NCBI GenBank assembly: GCA_014728035.1
Contig: WJMJ01000042.1
Span: 1 to 54,649, forward strand
Length of the DNA: 54,649 nt
From: Promethearchaeota archaeon
GTDB lineage: Archaea > Asgardarchaeota > Thorarchaeia > Thorarchaeales > Thorarchaeaceae
Direction of reading: 5' to 3'
This document shows, one piece after another, positions 51,029-54,649 of this stretch. Every line of letters begins with the position of its first letter. Position 1 is the stretch's first letter. Position numbers and translations under genes: made by a program. The notes under the pieces are model-generated. The model was not told the DNA's origin, did no database searches, and saw only the letters and a list, made by a program, of their open reading frames with translations.

Positions 51029-52146
51029 GTATCTGGTGATTCTTCTGGCTCCCTTGGCTTTGTATCTCCACGACGAATACGCCAATACCAACGATAAAGA
51101 AATGGTATCTTGATTTTTGCTTCATCAGAATAGCGAGGTTCACGCGTTGAAACCACAAGTTTGCGTATTTTTTCTGGGTCAATATGTATTGAAGAAAGCT
51201 TGGTCTTATCATGTCTGTACAAATACGTGGCAATCAGAGAAAGAACTATGACAAGAGGAATAGGATATACGACAGGCAAATTTTCTGCTGAAACGGGAAG
51301 ATTGAATCTAGTCCAATTCAAGAACCAAATTGAAATAAAACTTAGAATGCTCAGTAGAAATATTGTCTTGTGACGCAATTTCTTCTTTCGCATGTTATTG
51401 ATAGTATAGTAAACAAAAAATATTGGGATGACCGACAAGAGTAAAATTAGAATCTGTTCTGGTAAAGGAAATATTCCTAATGTTATTTTTTGATAGTTGC
51501 TTAGCAATTTTGTACTGTCTTCAAAATACATCGCAAAAGTCAATGATGAGAAAGAATAGTTATACAATCCTTCTTCATTCAATATACTAACTGCAACGGG
51601 ACAGAAGAATAAAACTGTAATTAATGTCTGAAGAATCCGAAATGTGGGACGTAATTTTTCTTCTTGTTCGATTACTTCTACAGCCTGTTCTTGAAGCAAT
51701 TTTCTACTTGTGACGAGAACCACATCGACAATTTTTCTCATGGCAAAAGGGAGAATTATGAAAAAAATCACTAACAAATTAAGAAATCTAGCAATAGAAA
51801 AGATGAAAATAATCCGATTGTGACCTAAACGATTACCAAACCCTGATACTGGAATCATAATCAATAATGAAAAAATTGTTGCCTGAACTGCTTCCTCAGT
51901 AATATTCTGATTTACTCTCCTTGCGTGCAGAATATCATTGAACAGGAGTGCTGGAATTGACCCAAGAATAGCTAGTGGAAAAAGGGGATTTATCAGAAAC
52001 AGAGGTTCATTATTTTGCAATGTCCAAACAGTTGCATCAATATGCCAGTTGACATAACCTGATGATGAAGTATATTCAAAACTCAAGGGGATGAATAACA
52101 ATAACACAATCAGCATCAGATACCAAATGAACGAATGGCGTTCCAT
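51025..52146 (-). CDS. Hypothetical multi-pass membrane protein (probable paralog of 27906-28973)
   Basis: About 8 TM helices; C-terminal YPIP..IKIPFL..YWRIRR. Confidence 0.7.
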   Translation of the reverse strand: MERHSFIWYLMLIVLLLFIPLSFEYTSSSGYVNWHIDATVWTLQNNEPLFLINPLFPLAILGSIPALLFNDILHARRVNQNITEEAVQATIFSLLIMIPVSGFGNRLGHNRIIFIFSIARFLNLLVIFFIILPFAMRKIVDVVLVTSRKLLQEQAVEVIEQEEKLRPTFRILQTLITVLFFCPVAVSILNEEGLYNYSFSSLTFAMYFEDSTKLLSNYQKITLGIFPLPEQILILLLSVIPIFFVYYTINNMRKKKLRHKTIFLLSILSFISIWFLNWTRFNLPVSAENLPVVYPIPLVIVLSLIATYLYRHDKTKLSSIHIDPEKIRKLVVSTREPRYSDEAKIKIPFLYRWYWRIRRGDTKPREPEESPDT

Positions 52147-52272
52147 CTTATTCTACCCCAATAATTAGATGTTTAGTTATCCAATAGAGTATAATTATGT
52201 GACTTTTAACGCTTCTGCAATTTGTCCATATAATTCAAATAGAGTACATGAATACGATACGTGTGCATAGAA

Positions 52273-53166
52273 ATGCAGACACCTCCAGACTTTCTCATTG
52301 ATCCTATTGGATATTTTCAATTCTACTTAGATATTGTTGGACCGTATGTCATAGTTGCAATCACACTAATTATTGTTGTAATAATCTACAAGATCTCAAT
52401 CAGAGTGGCATCCAAATCCCTAGAAGCAGCAGGAATGGGTACAGAAATCGCCAGCGGTCTTATTCTCGTTCTGAGACTCATATTCTTCATAATTGCAGTA
52501 GGAGTGGTTATTGCAGGTCTCAATCCGGACCTTGCAGCTATCTTATCAGTAACAGCTATTTTTGGTACAGCTCTTGGTCTAGCGTTTTCCCAAGCACTCA
52601 GTAATATAGTAAGTGGGCTCTATGTTTTTGCTGCCAGACCATTTAGAGTAGGCGACTATGTTAGAATTGGAGGAATGGAAGGAATCGTTGAAGAAATCAC
52701 ACTGAATTACACAAGAATTCTTCTCCCAGATGAAACAACTCAATTGGTTCCGAATAACAAAGTACAAAGCACAGAAGTAACCAACTTCAGAATCAATCTT
52801 AGAGAATTTATCAGAAAAGAAGAAAAGGCCACAAAAGAAGTGGATAATCAATCGTATCGAGATTCACTTGAGCATGCTTGGAAACAACTTCAGAAGATTA
52901 CAAATCAAGAGGAAGCATACAGATACACATTTGATCTTTCTTTTCACATGGGTAAAAAACACAATGAGCTTATAGCTTCTTTTGAAAAAGCTTTTGATAA
53001 ATGGGAATCAATTTTTCTTAGTAGACCGACCTATTCATTATGGGCCAAACCTAGTGCAGGTTACACCTATCGTTTTGCCTTCATAGTCCAAGATCCAATG
53101 GTGATAATAAAAAGAACTAGTGAATTCATGGAAGAATTACTCACAGAATATTGGGAGATGCGCTAG
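52273..53166 (+). CDS. mscS: Small-conductance mechanosensitive channel family protein
   Basis: ALGLAFSQALSNIVSGL..RPFRVGDYV..GIVEEITL.YT..VPN. Confidence 0.88.
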   Translation: MQTPPDFLIDPIGYFQFYLDIVGPYVIVAITLIIVVIIYKISIRVASKSLEAAGMGTEIASGLILVLRLIFFIIAVGVVIAGLNPDLAAILSVTAIFGTALGLAFSQALSNIVSGLYVFAARPFRVGDYVRIGGMEGIVEEITLNYTRILLPDETTQLVPNNKVQSTEVTNFRINLREFIRKEEKATKEVDNQSYRDSLEHAWKQLQKITNQEEAYRYTFDLSFHMGKKHNELIASFEKAFDKWESIFLSRPTYSLWAKPSAGYTYRFAFIVQDPMVIIKRTSEFMEELLTEYWEMR

Positions 53167-53169
53167 AGG

Positions 53170-54246
53170 ATGTCTGAGAAGATTAATCGTTCAGAAGAGG
53201 ATATGGTATATGATTCTAAAATTGGCCTCCCTCCAGGAACTCCTGTTCATATCGGAGAAGAAAGAACTCACAAAGTCGTTGCGCATATTATGGATTATTC
53301 ACCAGATGACATTTCAGAATCAATAACAGACACACCAGCAGACTGCAAACCCCCAAAACAGGATAAGACTAGATGGATTCATGTTAAAGGCGTGCATAAT
53401 GTAGAATTCGTTGAAGAGCTAGGAGAAAATTTCGGAATTCACCCTTTGGTGATTGAAGATATTGTGAGGACAGAACAACGTCCAAAACTAGAAATAGCAA
53501 AAGAAAATTTTTACTTGGTTATTAGAGCATTTTATTATGACAAATTACGACATAAACTTTCGTCAGAGCAAGTAAGTATCATTCTTGGACATAATTACGT
53601 CTTGTCTTTTGAAGAAACCACTAAGATGATTTTTGAACCTGTCCGGAAACGAGCTAGAAAAGAAGCAGGAAGAATTAGAAGTTCAGGTCCCGATTATTTA
53701 ACCTACACATTAATCGATATCATTGTTGATGAATATTTTGCAGTCCTTGAAGACATAGGGGAAGATATACAACGATTGGAAGATACGATGATATTTGACA
53801 CCTCATCATTAACCCTTCAGAAGATATACCAGATGAAAAGAGCTATCATGTCAATGAGAAGGTCAGTATGGCCACTTCGTGAAGTGATTTCGAGAATAAT
53901 GCGCGACGAAGTATCACTAATAGACTCATTCACTGAAGTGTATATCCAGGACTCATACGATCATGTTCTACGGGTAACAGACCACATTGAAACCTATCGA
54001 GATGCACTTACTGATGTAGTAGACATTTACCTCTCAAGCACAAGCAATAGAATGAATGAAGTCATGAAAGTTCTGACCGTAATCTCTACAGTCTTCATCC
54101 CAATGACTTTGCTAGCTTCGATATATGGTATGAATTTTGTAATTCCTGAAACAGAATGGGAGCTTGGATATCCTGTTATTCTTCTAGTGATGTTACTTTC
54201 TGGAATAATAATTCTAGGATACTTCAAGAGAATCAATTGGCTATGA
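53170..54246 (+). CDS. corA: Magnesium/cobalt transporter CorA
   Basis: GLPPGT, HPLVIEDI..QRPK, MNEVMKVLT, YGMNF, MPE-like IPE. Confidence 0.95.
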   Translation: MSEKINRSEEDMVYDSKIGLPPGTPVHIGEERTHKVVAHIMDYSPDDISESITDTPADCKPPKQDKTRWIHVKGVHNVEFVEELGENFGIHPLVIEDIVRTEQRPKLEIAKENFYLVIRAFYYDKLRHKLSSEQVSIILGHNYVLSFEETTKMIFEPVRKRARKEAGRIRSSGPDYLTYTLIDIIVDEYFAVLEDIGEDIQRLEDTMIFDTSSLTLQKIYQMKRAIMSMRRSVWPLREVISRIMRDEVSLIDSFTEVYIQDSYDHVLRVTDHIETYRDALTDVVDIYLSSTSNRMNEVMKVLTVISTVFIPMTLLASIYGMNFVIPETEWELGYPVILLVMLLSGIIILGYFKRINWL

Positions 54247-54274
54247 AAGTCCATCTTATGTGAGTTGACGTATA

Positions 54275-54529
54275 TTGAAAGGAAAAAAAGTATCACAATC
54301 AAAAACAATTATGACACAGACAGTTTTTCCTAATGATGTTAATAATAATGGCACACTATATGGAGGCCAATTACTTAATTGGATTGACATGCTTGCGGGG
54401 ATTGTTGCAAAAAGACATGCACGAAGTCATAGTGTAGTTACGGCATCGATTGACTCGCTCAGTTTCCTTCATCCGATATATCAAAGAGATATAGTTAATC
54501 TTGAAGCATGGGTAGCAATCAGCTACTGA
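54275..54529 (+). pseudogene. Hotdog-fold acyl-CoA thioesterase (YciA/YkhA-like), truncated
   Basis: VFPNDVNNNGTLYGGQLLNWID, VVTASIDSLSFLHPI; family similarity stops at LEAWV, then AISY-stop instead of the expected ..GRTSMEV.. Confidence 0.75.
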
Positions 54530-54649
54530 AAACTTGGACATTGTTGGACAAGATCTGATAGGAGTTTATATGGAGTGATCTGGAATAGAGATTTGGTCTA
54601 AAGACACAGGATCCCTGACCAGGACCGAGCCAGTTCCAGTACCGTTTCT
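54511..54649. mobile_element. Possible insertion-sequence end interrupting the thioesterase gene
   Basis: Abrupt loss of thioesterase similarity at GGTAGCAATCAGC; the window ends 139 nt later; no transposase visible. Confidence 0.35.

Noticed and set aside
54527-54601. Selenocysteine or other readthrough of the thioesterase TGA
   Set aside because: The readthrough peptide (KLGHCWTRSDRSLYG...) does not resume hotdog-fold motifs, and no SECIS was recognised

Overview
AT-rich archaeal genomic window. Gene content (many REC/PAS/GAF histidine kinases with no DNA-binding regulators, GGTGA/GGAGG SD sites, TATA-like boxes, giant acidic surface proteins) suggests an Asgard archaeon such as Thor-, Heimdall- or Lokiarchaeia. 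That taxonomy is inference. The window opens inside a HARE-HTH/McrB-like AAA+ gene. It ends in an acyl-CoA thioesterase gene that breaks mid-domain at what may be an IS end. The most striking block (705-21077) is a cell-surface locus. It holds an NfeD protein with a strictly periodic His/Asp loop, a flotillin-like SPFH protein and an Asp-box beta-propeller glycoprotein. It also holds a translationally coupled three-gene operon: a 1563-aa membrane-anchored protein with ~26 thrombospondin-3-like Ca-binding repeats, a 1960-aa secreted FG-GAP/NHL multi-propeller protein, and a membrane-anchored papain-fold (Cys-His-Asn) enzyme with an Fn3 domain. The operon sits behind a four-half-site operator array and a structured leader. 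The rest holds six histidine kinases (one fused to a C-terminal CxxC thioredoxin fold), ArsR plus a P1B ATPase, an ABC exporter, sfsA, dinB, an HD hydrolase, a serine-racemase-like enzyme, a nitroreductase, an orphan eutA, a GNAT, MscS and CorA. No rRNA, tRNA or CRISPR array was recognised.
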